This document shows positions 13,501 through 25,550 of a DNA stretch of 64,000 nt, one piece after another. Each line of letters opens with the position of its first letter. Within the stretch, counting starts at the first letter, position 1. The notes under the pieces are model-generated. The model was given only the letters and a program-made list of their open reading frames with translations, searched no databases and had not been told where the DNA came from. The stretch lies in NCBI GenBank assembly GCA_030704615.1, contig CM060734.1:39308001-39372000 (forward strand), given 5' to 3'. The stretch comes from Takakia lepidozioides. Its lineage: Eukaryota; Plantae; Bryophyta. A program made the translations under genes and the position numbers.

Positions 13501-14943
13501 AATAAATGCTAGCAACCACAAACCCAACCAAGATCACAAGAATATATTGCACTAGCATGGACACCAATGAGATGCAATTTGGGCAACATGTTGTTTTGAC
13601 ATTGGCTGTGACAAAGTCTGAGGCTGAGGACCTCGTACATTCTTGAGAACTCATCCAGAAGGCAGGTGCCAGGCAGAGCCAAATAAGAAAGTTCCCATAT
13701 CAGATATGCAAATAAGATCATACCAGCCGACAGTGTTGTTGTCAACATTCACTTCACGAAGGCAGCGCATCATCTCCAATTGATAGTTGGCTCCATCAGC
13801 CTCAACCTCTTCTTCCTCTTCTCCCCCTCGACTCTAAAAATCCCCACCCAAAAACAAGTCCCTATAGTCTTCTTCTCTAAAATAATTAATTGGAAGAACC
13901 ATCTTCTTACCTACTACTGTCAAAATAACCTCCACAGTGCTCTTTTTAACCTTCGTTCCCCTAGGCCCCTCAAAATACATAGCATTCCTGTAATCACATA
14001 AGATGCAGCATTGCGACAAACTAAGTCTGGAAAAAGAAACTAGTACTCACTGGCCCTTCAGTTCACAGTTCAGGTCAAGTAGAGAGTGAGAGGCTGGGAG
14101 GACTGCCACAGGAGTGGCTTGCTGAGGATTATTTGCACAGGTCCAACAGATGACGATTGAGGGGAAGCCTATTTTTGGTAGCAGCACCTTCAGTGCTCGA
14201 AAATGGAGGAAATAATGCTTTGGGCCTACTTAGAAGTAGCATAGGTTCAAGGGTAGTTAGCCCCAGCAACGGATCCATACAAGAGAAGGAACATCAAGTC
14301 CCACTAGTAAAAGCAAAGAAACAATGGGAGAAATGTCCGAGCAAAAAGACCTACCGGAAAGGGGAAGCAGTTGGTGACTTCCAAAATGCTGCCAATATCG
14401 AGGCCGAGAAGCTGGCCCGTGACAAGGGCGGGGACGCACTCTTTGCAATGTTTTATTATCTTCAGTACAACCTGTGCACCCACCGGCCATCCATACACAA
14501 AACCACCGTTCAACACGCTGCCTCACATCCGTAGATGCTTGTTTTGTTTACTCGACTACCGCCAGTTTTCTTCAGTCTTAAGAACATCACAGACCCTGAA
14601 TCTATAAAGCACGTATATCCTACAGTAATTACTGAGAGATCCGTTCAATAGCTTAGCCCAAAAGAGGAAGAACATATCAAGCGAGCACCGCACAGAAAGA
14701 GCCAAAAGACCATACCAGGCCATCAATCTGCACCACCCGCAAAGGAACGACAGTTTCCTCAGTCGCAGCGGCCTGAGCAAACGAACGCATAGGGGCTGCC
14801 ATCCCAATCCCAGATCGCGTGAAACATCAGAGAGAGACAACAAATTGACGATCAAGGAACAAGAGAACACTTCCTGTACAGAGAAAACGCCACACCTCAA
14901 GAACGCAAAGAAGAGAAAACTTACGTGGATTGCCGTCCGCCAT
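10503..14943 (-). CDS. EIF3H: Eukaryotic translation initiation factor 3 subunit H (342 aa, 12 exons)
   Basis: Exons 14925-14943, 14716-14795, 14355-14471, 13724-13833, 13298-13364, 12702-12835, 12365-12413, 11814-11885, 11528-11629, 11181-11248, 10745-10897, 10503-10560; all GT-AG and phase-compatible; motifs [62 protein letters not shown]. Confidence 0.96.
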
Positions 14944-15019
14944 GGCTGGATAATCGCTGCTTCACAGTCCCCTCCCTCTTTCCCTGCGTCTCTCTCACTC
15001 ACACAGGCGGCCACAGGGC

Positions 15020-15117
15020 TAGGGTTTCTCAAGGGCAGGCTGAACTTCAACGGGGATTGGTGAACAGGGGAAACAGAAAGCCCTAAGTAAAGCCTTAAGT
15101 AAAGCCTAAGTAAATCC
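15020..15117 (-). promoter_or_regulatory. Telo-box-like AAACCCTA (minus) plus 3x CCT(T)AAGTAAA upstream of eIF3h
   Basis: tagggttt at ~15020-15027; telo-boxes are typical of plant translation-machinery genes; function not shown. Confidence 0.4.
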
Positions 15118-15182
15118 TCAAAACTTAAAAGCCCTGCCAAGTTCCAAACAGCTTTTGTTTTAATTTATAACCTAGCCGTTGT

Positions 15183-15410
15183 TTTGTCTTTTTCTTTTTC
15201 TTTTGAATGGGAAGTGACAAGTGACACCTGGGAGGGACAGCTCTCAAATCAGGCCCCTTAATTAGAGTGAGAGGAAAAAAATAACCCCTTTCACAGTAAC
15301 CTCGCCGTGAAGGCTTTCGCATTGGACATCGCCGCCACACCCGTCTGGGTAGCAGGATTTGACCCCAGAACCATCTGGGCTACTGAATGTGGGTACCTGA
15401 TGTTGCTAAC
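15183..15410 (-). mobile_element. Degenerate SINE copy (same family as 61009-61259)
   Basis: Shares acacctggga..gacagctc.caaatcaggcccc, agtaacctcgccgt and tagcaggatttgaccccag; A-rich tail; A-box lost; no clear TSD. Confidence 0.75.
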
Positions 15411-17733
15411 ATAAAAGAAACAACATTCCCAAAATAATGATATATTTTAGAGTCCCATCGACTAAATTTTTCTAAAATAATGAATGTTCTCACTTTATTG
15501 TTGGCTCTTCTTTCTTCTTTCTTCCAATAGGGTCGTTCAAACTTTAAGCAAAAATACCCAAATGAATGATAAGCAATTATTCACACTAGGCCTACCCGTT
15601 GCTCCGCACTACTAGTGACAACTTATGAGAACAATGTTTTTTTTACTGGAGATAGGTATATTCATTCAAAAAACAATAGGAACAATGTAGCTTTGCTAAA
15701 GTCCAAAACTATTACTCAGAGGCCGAGCTCCACATGACATTGGAAATGCTCGAGTGAACCCAACCATTTTTTTTTAGCACCCGGCAAACTCCTTTTTCTG
15801 CGGACTGGGGCTCCTCTTACATGGAAGGACGCTCTTAGTGCTGAGGTGCACGGAGGGGGAAACCATGTTTGGATTATACCATACTTGAGGTAGCAAGATT
15901 TGAGCCCAGAATTATATACTACTATATACTGTTTTTCTTAAAAAAGAAAAGAATAAAAGAACAAGGCGTAAGATACACTTAGGCCCTGCCATTTATACAA
16001 ACAAAACATAAATTTATAATTTAACGTTGATGTGAGCTTTGAGAACAGTCGGTATTGGTATTTCTTGAATCTGTTGGGCTTCGAGGTCTCTTTAGTCCGA
16101 TTCTTGGGGGAAAAAATGCTATTCATGACGATACACAGAGGTTGATGCTGACCCAGATGGCCATGCAAATAGGGGGCCTCAGCGCGGATCATGCCAAGAT
16201 GCTGGGTGCAGAGAAAGATGGTCTGGATCTGATTCAACATGAGTGGGTTGTGCTCAAGGTAGAGCAACGAGCATAGGCGCTCTTGTGACAACTTCTTGAA
16301 ACCTAACATCTTTAATTTTATTTTTATTTTTGGGTGGTTGAATGTTATACTTTGAAGAATAAGCAAGTCTAAAACCAACATGTTTCTTAAGATTTGCTCG
16401 GTACAACTTGGTGACTTATAATATAACTTCAGCCTAAATTGCTATTGCCTTTCCTTGGGAGGTTACCTGCTGTAGGCAATGTGGGAGGATTAAGAGTTGG
16501 TTATTTCAGTACCTCTTTTGAGGTACTGGAGGTACGAGTGACTTTAGCATGACGTGGCAGGCAAGTATATGTTGCGATCAATTCGCGGTACACTGCGGAC
16601 GAGCTCTCTTCCCATTTTATCGGGCTGCGCTAACGACACTTGTCCACCGGCCCCGCCGCCCCATGCATGGAAGTGAGTAGCATACCCAGCCATTTTTGTC
16701 TGTTTCCTCCCTTAAACGGTGGGCCGGGTACATGGAAGGCTGCTCTGCACGTTCATCGGTTCCCTCAACGATTTTGAGCCAATGTAGGATACTAGTGCAA
16801 GAAGCGTTGATACGGAAACTGTGCATTGAATCTGACGAGAATGAGGTAACAAACAAAACAAGGTTTAATTGAGTCAAATCCAGGATCTTCCCCATGCACT
16901 AGGCCACCCGCGCCTCCATCATCTTGAATTGTTCGATCATAGTTTTGCATTGAACAATTCTTTGCGCTCTTATAAATTGCGAGTTTCCGGCATTAGCACC
17001 TTGTGACAGAGAATAAGCAAGGTTTGGTTTTATTTTCTGACATGATGCATCCAATATGCAAGACAAGCAATTTCGCTGGTCATATGGGATTTTATCAACT
17101 TTACAACTGCTGAAAATCCAGCGGGAATCATAGTGACTGCAATGACGGACATGTGGAAAATGCAGACTAATATGCGTTGCATCCAAGCTCTACTCACATC
17201 TCTCCATTTTCCATGTATCATTGAAGGAGCAAGGCATCATAATCAAGAACGCGAAATACATATAGATGCAAGACACATTGAGGGATAATATGGAGTGATA
17301 GTACCACTCCATAGCAGACACTCAGATCCTTCACATTGAAGTTATAGATGAGGAACAACAATTGCATTAACCACACCAAGCTTGAGGATACCACCATAAT
17401 ATGAAATGCATGGACAATTCAGGCAAGTGGGGGTACATTGGCAAGCAGAATGGAAATACAAATCAATGTGTTCTTTGCAGCCTGTAGTTTGAATTAATGT
17501 AGTTTGAATGCACCGGATGATATTCCGGATTTCAAAAAAACATTATCAACAAATGTATGGAATATATGCAAGCCCTGCTCTTAAACAGCGGAAGGGATTC
17601 ATCAGTTCTCCTTCCCATCTGTGAAAAAACAAATCTGCCCCGTTCATGCTCCCACAAATTTCGCAAGGCCTAGGTTTCTTACGTCTGACTTAGTGTCGAG
17701 GCTCGGCCTATATACCGGATATATCCGTGATAC

Positions 17734-18865
17734 TATTGAAATTATATAGAGAAATCGAAACTTGTAATTGATAATGAAGAAGATGCACTGAGCGTGTGCT
17801 CAGTTAAAGACATGTAAACAGTCATGACTATTGATAAAACCAATAGGTCTAATCACAACTCGTTGTCTAAGAGTTGTGTCCATTCAAGATTCACCATATC
17901 ACATGTTGCATGTGGAATTGACTTCACCCTCCCTTAATGAAAATATTCAAGACCCTAACTATGGAGGCTCTCTTTTTGTCCAACAATGCTACTAATGCAT
18001 ATTCATATGGAGATGTATAGAGTTGTTGGCATTGGCCAATGTCCTCTAGCATATGTTCCATTGGTCGAACTGAGACTTCATTCACATCCAAGTGGAAGTT
18101 TGTTGTTGTAATCGGTTTGCTATCAATTTGTTAGAGATAGCATGATTTTCAAATAGAAGTTTTCGTTGGAGAAATTGCTCATTTGAAGTTCAAATGCACC
18201 ACTAGTGATGATGTTGGAATAATACCTTAGATCTCTTCTTTAAATTGATGTCACATGACATAACTCTATGAAATCTGAAACAAGTTTGTTGGAACTCCAA
18301 GCATCATTAACAATCATAAATTGTTATATGCTTGAATGACACTTTAAACTGGCCATTAGCCTCAATCGTCTCCATAAATTCTTTGCATGTTTTTCACCAT
18401 GAGTATTCATTTGTGGGTTTCTTTGCCTATGAATAATTTTCACCATATTTAGGTGTTTATGGTATACTATATTGATGCAAAGTTTGGTTTTATATATAAT
18501 ATGTTTTAGATCATGAAGACCTGATTAGAATCTTCTTTGATAGTTGTTTGACTATCATATGTACTAATATTACAATACTAGCATGACAATCTTAAGTCGA
18601 CTCTCATTAGTTCTCTATAGATCGGTTGAGCACTAGCTATGATACCATGTAGAAATTATATAGAGAGAGTACTAACGTGTAATTGATAATGAAGAAAATA
18701 TTATAATAGGGAGCGTGTGCTCACTTGAAGACATATGAGCAATCATGACTATTGATAGAACCGATAGGTCTAATCACAATTCTTTGTCTAAGAGTTGTGT
18801 CCAAGAGTTGTGTCCTTTCAAAATTCATCATATGACATGTTGAATGTAGAATTGACTTTCCAACA
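17734..18865 (-). mobile_element. TRIM-like non-autonomous LTR retrotransposon (~1.13 kb)
   Basis: Direct repeats 17734-17926 and 18648-18865; TSD GATAC (17729-17733, 18866-18870); minus-strand PBS TGGTATCATAGC at 18636-18647; PPT AAGGGAGGG at 17927-17935. Confidence 0.85.
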
Positions 18866-18952
18866 GATACAACCAACCCTAACGTACTTTGAGCCTACCA
18901 CCATCGCTCTGCATTTAGATAGGATAGACATGTCTTAGAAAAGAAGACGATC

Positions 18953-21900
18953 ATGGCAGAGAATTTGGAGGCGCAGGGAGAAGAGTATGAGCAGAAGGCA
19001 GAGAAAAAGTTGAAAGGATGGGGTATCTTAGGCAGTAAATACGATGATGCTGCCGAACTGTTGGAGAAGGCTGGAAACTCGTACAAGCTGGCGAAAGCTT
19101 GTGTGGTCTTACACCATCTCCTTTCTTCTCCTTGTCATGGAATGGTCGTCAACGTAGTAAAATATGTACATATCAGATATTAAAGATTATATTAGTTTGT
19201 CTTAGTTTGGACCCTCCAGAACACATGACCTATATCTTTATTTTCCATCGACATTACTTTGTGGATTCTAAAAGAATTGTCAGTAAAGAGATAGAGAGTT
19301 CAATTTGAAATGTCCGACATGATTGTACACCTCAGCATTGGTATGCCTAAGTTTCTGGGAGATCCACCATCCATTAAGGATAATAGAAACTGATGTTGGT
19401 TAGTATTTATTGTTTGCATTATAACTTAAAAATCTTGGCATCAATGTCTAATATTTGTATTGTGCAGTCTAATGTGGACATAGTAGACCAAACTACATAT
19501 TGTTTTTGTGGAGGTGCTTCTCCCGCGTAGTCAATGCACACATGAAATATTTGGATTTTGTGAACTCACCATTCTAAAAATTTCAAGAAAACTATCTGAG
19601 AGGAAGAGAAGATGATGTACTTATAATAAGACGTTGTTTTCCGTCGCTTGGTGTCTTTTAATGAGAGGAAGAGAGACTGAGACAGAGAGAATGAAAAGAA
19701 CTTTATAACGTTCACGAAGGGCCAAGAGAGAGAAAAAAGAGAGAAAAAGAAATGCATTGTCTGTGAGAAAAATGGGCCAGTTAAGCTAGTGGGGTAATAG
19801 AGATGACTCTATGTCTTGTCCACATGACATTTTGCAGGGGACAAAGCAGCAGCAGCATATTCGAAACTTGCTGATTGTCAAATAAAGGTTTGTGAGCTTG
19901 TCAATTTACACTTTATATACCTCATTTAGACCTTAAACAATCAAAACAACTTAATTTCCATGCACGCATCTAGCATTCGGAGTGAATTGAACTTGGATAA
20001 CTTATCTAATTTGTGAAGTGAGCTTAGTTGCACTTAATTTCCTGCTTCGTCTCTTGGAGAGCGACGTAAGAAACAATAGCAACTATTATAGGATTTGGCT
20101 ACATTGCCCCAAAACCCCCATGGTTCCCCGGCCCTTGCTGCCATCTGCTGCCAGAATGAGCGTGGGACACTAATCCTCCCCCCTGGCCTCTTCTCACTAG
20201 TACTGTAGGAACGCCTCCCCCCTGGCCTCCTCCGTCCGTGGAGGATATCAAGGCCCATCGCTCGGACTCCAGTGTAGGAGGTGGTGGCAAGGATCTGTGT
20301 TCTTGACAATGTCTGATCACCTATCACCTGTCAATATATATAGATATCGATTTTCCTTCAAGAAGCTGAATTATGTAAGTTTGACTAACGTCTTCAATAA
20401 CTCATCCAGTTTGTGAATCAAGCTTAAGGGGACTACGACTTCGAAGGTCTTCATTCCAAGAAATAATTCTTTTGAATTGAGCACATTTGCTTTTTTGTAG
20501 TCAAACCATCCATCTGTGGTGAGAGATATCAATTTGTATGTCATATGTGAATGTGATTGGTGTAGGCAGTTGGAGAGCAAGCATGATGCTGCTGCTGCCT
20601 ATGTTGATGCAGCAGTCTGTTACAAGAAGTCTCAACCCCATGGTATGTATACTTACATAATTGTAGGCATGCTTGCTTCCTCATGTGAACATAGCATCCA
20701 TGCTAATTAGATACATGGGAATGGCTAAGAAGAATGTTGAATATCCTCATATTTTATAAGTTGGATAATTTTTGGAGTGAAGTTGCATGCATACCAGCAG
20801 ACATTGATGCATATTCTTAGACCACAAAATAATTGTTGGTTCAAGATGATTTAGTCATATAATTCTCACAAAAAATCGGTGTTAGTGAGCCCTAAGAATA
20901 CTCGTCCATTTTTGTGTGTTTGATCCGATGTTGGAATGGCAGAAGCAATAAGGGGTTTGGAATTAGCAATAGGTCTTTATTTGGAAATTGGGCGCCTTTC
21001 AGTTGCTGCGAGGCACTATAAGGTAAGAAAAGTAGCTCCAGTCGGTGGCTCAAAGTAGGTTGCTTAACATCTCAATTGTGGTGCATGTGGATTCATGCCA
21101 AAACAATCCCCTTTAGGACCAAAAATGTGTGCAACGATATGTTCTAGCTTTTTCAGATGGTTTGGATTGTTAAGTCTAGGTGTCTATCTTCTATACATCT
21201 GGTATGTTGGAGAAAATTTCTTTCATAGTTGAAAGTAGTATTGATAGCTACCTAGAAAAACTATTAAAGTGCCGATTTCTTGCCATCTTGACCAGTCAAA
21301 CCACTAAGGTATAATCTGATCAGAAAGTAACTATCCATGAGTATAATATTTAAAGTAGGCAAAAAATATGGCTGGGCATCCACAGGAAATCGGTGAAATC
21401 TATGAGAAACAAAATAATGCGGAGAAAGCTATGGAGTATTTTGACAAAGCTGCTGAACTTTTCTCAGGTGAAGAGAATAACAGCACTGGAAACCAATGCA
21501 AACTAAAAGTGGCTCAATTTGCCGCCCAGCTGGAACAGTGAGTATCTAGCTCCCACTGCTCCCAATTTGTCCAATGATCAGCTCACAGTAGAGTATATTA
21601 TATATGCATATTTGGGCAGTTGATGTTTGATCTAGCTTAAACGATAGCTTTTAATAATCTTCTGCATGAGAATTATGGTATGGGTATATGACAAATTGGT
21701 CCTTTCCACTTGAATTTGTTTGTCCAAATGTACCACAAATGAAGACATTTAAACCTATATTTCACTCTTGGATTGGAATGATACCCCAAAAAATTGTGTT
21801 CAGTACTACTACAGATTATATTTCATCTCTTTGGATCTCACAGGCCAATGGTACTAGAGTAGCCTTAAGTGAAAGTCCAACATAGATTTTTATCTGCATC

Positions 21901-23493
21901 TGTAACATACTAAAGCTTACTAGCAGACATCATAATTATTATAGTTGCCGCCTCTTTCACCTTGCTTCACTGACGACTAGGATTTCAATTTTGAGCCTTG
22001 ATTGTTTTGCAACAATGAGCTTGTAGTTTGTTGGTAGTTTTACAGGATATTTTGTGGATTATACACATGAATCTGTGTCTTGCAGGTATCCAAGGGCGAT
22101 AGATATATTTGAGACAGTAGCAAGTCAATCACTCGACAACAATCTGCTAAAGTACAGTGTGAAGGGTTATCTTTTGAATGCTACCCTCTGCCAAATCTGT
22201 TCTTGTGACATCATTGTCATTAATAAAGCTCTTGAAAAATATCAGGTATTGACACCAACTGTTCATTTGTGTGTACTGGTGTTGTCAAACCATCTTGTTT
22301 ATTAAGATCTACTTGTTTAGATACTAACGGGAACAGATTGAAGAGATTCAGAATGTCATAGACTAGGAAGTGTCTTTAGCTCTTCAACATAATGCCCCCC
22401 ATATTTAATCATTTTGGAAAAGCTTTAGCTGGGAGTGTGAGATGGCAGTTGAATCATTATGCGTGCAAGGTGCTACTAGTTGGTCATGGATTTATGGAGT
22501 CTCCTTCCAAGGTACATGTTGGGAGTTGTAGTTGTTCCATTATGTGATTAAGTGCTTGCAACTGTTGTTGAGTTTGTGTTTAAACCTACAGGACCTGGAT
22601 CCATCCTTCTCAAGTACACGGGAGAGCAAGTTTCTTATGGTACATTTGTCTCTCACTCACTTTGTAGGCAGTGAGATTAACAGTTAAGTGCACAGCTCAT
22701 TTTTCCAAATTGTTAAGAGTGATATCGTCGTTAGCGATGTTAACAAGTTTTTTGTGCTGCATTTGTCTCAGCTCACACACTTTCTAGGAAGTGAGATTAA
22801 CAGTCAAGTGCACAGCTCATATTTCCAAACTGTCAAGAGTGGCATTCGTTGTACCGATCTTAGCAAGTTTCTTGTGCTGCATCTATCTCTTACAGACTTA
22901 GTAGGCAGTTAGTAGTTGAGAAACATGAGGCTAATCATCTCATCACAGTAATCTATAAAACAAACTTGTGATTAATTATATCTTCTTTGATTATCTATTT
23001 AGGATTTGGCTGCAGCGATTGAAGAGATGAGTGTGGTAAAGTATACAGACGTTGTGAAGGATTTTGACGGTTTCTCTCGCCTTGTATGTATCCACACCCT
23101 CTCCCAGAGAACTTTGTTCCTTTTGCTAATTCTACCGAAATGTGTGTGCATGAATATTTGCTTGATTCTTTTTCTTTCTTTCTAGTCTCCTTCTGTCTGC
23201 ATGCAACCCTTTCTCTCTACCAATTTCAAGTGTACATGCCATTTTGAGACATTTCATTCACTGATATTCTTGTTTGATTCCACTCTTATCACTCCAGCCC
23301 TATTAGATTTGTTTTTTGAGTGGGCTCTACTACACACACATATGTGTCCTTTTCATTGCTTTAAAATAGGCTGGTTTTAGATTCAACAAATCTTGATTTT
23401 GTGATGTGACAGGATGATTGGAAAACAATGCTTTTGCTTCGAACCAAAAACAAGCTAAAGGACATGGAATGCGCAGAAGATGAACTGACCTAA
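18953..23493 (+). CDS. ASNAP: Alpha-soluble NSF attachment protein (alpha-SNAP), 290 aa, 9 exons
   Basis: Exons 18953-19100, 19838-19887, 20570-20642, 20943-21022, 21386-21537, 22086-22245, 22592-22639, 23003-23083, 23413-23493; motifs [58 protein letters not shown]-terminal EDELT*. Confidence 0.95.
22625..22910 (+). repeat. ~120-bp tandem repeat (~2.4 copies) spanning the alpha-SNAP exon 7/intron 7 junction
   Basis: Units start a(g/a)caagttt at ~22625, ~22742, ~22862; first two share gtgagattaacagt.aagtgcacagctcat. Confidence 0.85.
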
Positions 23494-25066
23494 ATGCTAT
23501 CCTGGCTGGATTTGTTTTTCTCATTTTCTACTAGGCAAACATGATGTGCTTAATCTAGTCCTCAAGAAGATCCGCAATACACCTTCTTCAGGGCCAATTC
23601 AAATGTGCAGTACTTATTCAAGTTATGTCTTTATTTGATGTTACATTCTAGACTTTGGTTGGTGATTTTCCATGAGGCATTATGTGATACATGCTAGAGC
23701 TACGTACATCATGGTGGACTCTCCTTACCGTTCATGTTCCTAATGTTGAACTGCAGCCACATCTAGTCATGTTGCGATGGACCAAAACACACACGTTGTC
23801 ATTACCTGAAGTTACTATGGATTGAACTTAATTTTGATTTAGCTTCCGACACACCCCGTGTCAAAGAGATTTTTCTCTTTGGTAGTCAATCTTGTGGTCA
23901 CTACTGCAGTGTTGTGCATGATCCATGCATGCCATTGATCCCAAGGCCCAGTAGATGAACATTCTAAATGCCATGCAGATTTTCCTTTTAGGAGGTTTTA
24001 GGGGATACATGAGTTGATAACTGCGAAGGTCTTATGCAGTGGTACTGAAGATGAGCCTGAGGATCCAGATTTTCTGAACAAAGCCAAAACGTGAGTGTCT
24101 TATTATCACTCAACATGCCAAAGCCACCAATATCCCTTCATGCACCACGACCCAAAAAGACACAATCATGATACGTGAAGCAGCCATGAAATGTGTTGCC
24201 AAAAGGTTTTTTCCTGTAGACATTGATTATAAGGACAGTCTTCTAAGACCAAGCCACACCCCCCCCCCCCCCAACAATCTTGTAAACAATAGGAAGAACC
24301 CTTGGGCAATGTCATTTTTATGGCCTGCTTAGGGACAACAACCCATGAATCTGCCAAGTGTGAGGCACCGTGGATAGATAGCTACAGCGATGGACAATTG
24401 GAAACAGTAGGTACTATCTTTTTTTTGTTTTTGTTTATTTTTTTTCTCTTTTGCGAATGGAACCCTCATAAACTTGATGTATCTTAAAACTTCTCACATT
24501 TTTGTTGTCCCCTATATTCGCTTACTCCTCTGACTGTGCTAAAAAGACAAACCCCATAACCGTGGTTTGTGCTCATGTGAATATGCATGCTCACATGATA
24601 CCACCTTCGCACCAGAAGGCCGAAACCCTTTGGGGTGTCACTTGCCGGCTTTTGGCAACGCATTCTAAACATTTTTTGTCTTTTTGGCCTTGCCCTTAGT
24701 AGGAACTACAGATTCATTTGGTGGAATGACCTTAAGACCTTATATCCTGAGTGGATCCCAGCTGGGCACAAGTTTGTTTTGTTCACTATGTGTCCATTGA
24801 TGGATGAATGTAGATACTATGTGATGAATTCCATATAAGATGAATGTTTAGTGGATCCCACATCAACTGTGGATTGATGTAAGTTTGTAGATTTATATGA
24901 AAAGTACCGATTTACATTAATTTCAAGCACGTGGGCCGGTCTAACGTGTAGGATCAATCTAATGAACACCGTTGGTTGAAAAGGGCCTATGGATGGTGTT
25001 AAGCATCATGCATGAAATCCGGTCTTCAGAGATGAAATATAGTCATATCTATAAAATAGCTATAAC

Positions 25067-25550
25067 TAGGGTAGCATGTGCCGTTGGCCCAAGTGTCCAA
25101 TGTCATCTAAGTCCAAGTGCAATCTTCCATGTATCCAAGTGCGTCTCCTATGTCGAGGCCCAAATGCAACCTCTAGGGTAGCATGTGTCGTGGGCCCAAA
25201 TGTCAAGTGTCATCTAAGTCCAAGTGTAAGATCTTATATGTATCCCAGTGCGTCTCCTATGTCGAGGACCAAGTGCAACCTCTAGGATAGCTTGTACCTT
25301 TGGCCCATGTGTGAAGAATTGAAAATCTAAGACCAAATGCAATTTCCTATGTATCCAATGCGTCTCCTATGTTGAGGCCAAAATGCGACCTCTAGTGTAG
25401 CCTATGCCGTTGGCCCATGTGTGAAGAATAAAATCTAAGTCCAAGTGCAATCTCCTATGTATCCAAGTGCGTCTCCTATGTCGAAGCCCAAATGCGACCT
25501 CTAGGGTGGCCTGTGCCGTTGGCCCAAGTGTCCAATGTCATCTAAGTCTA
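25067..25550. repeat. ~108-bp tandem satellite, ~4.4 copies
   Basis: Units tagggtagcatgtgccgttggcccaagtgt...atctaagtccaagtgc...gcgtctcctatgtcgaggcccaaatgcaacctc. Confidence 0.92.

Noticed and set aside
14157-15140. ORFs 14157-14534 (+) and 14556-15140 (-)
   Set aside because: Overlap eIF3h exons and introns antisense or out of frame
15585-15616. Helitron 3' end-like CCCGTTGC..GCAC..CTAGT
   Set aside because: Hairpin incomplete and no matching body or 5' end identified
16507-16528. 9-bp perfect hairpin CAGTACCTC-TTTT-GAGGTACTG
   Set aside because: Isolated; no context to assign a function
16055-17221. Short ORFs between eIF3h and the TRIM
   Set aside because: No recognisable domain or splice structure; probably decayed TE
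25067-25550. CRISPR-like array
   Set aside because: Contiguous tandem units without unique spacers; eukaryotic context; no cas genes
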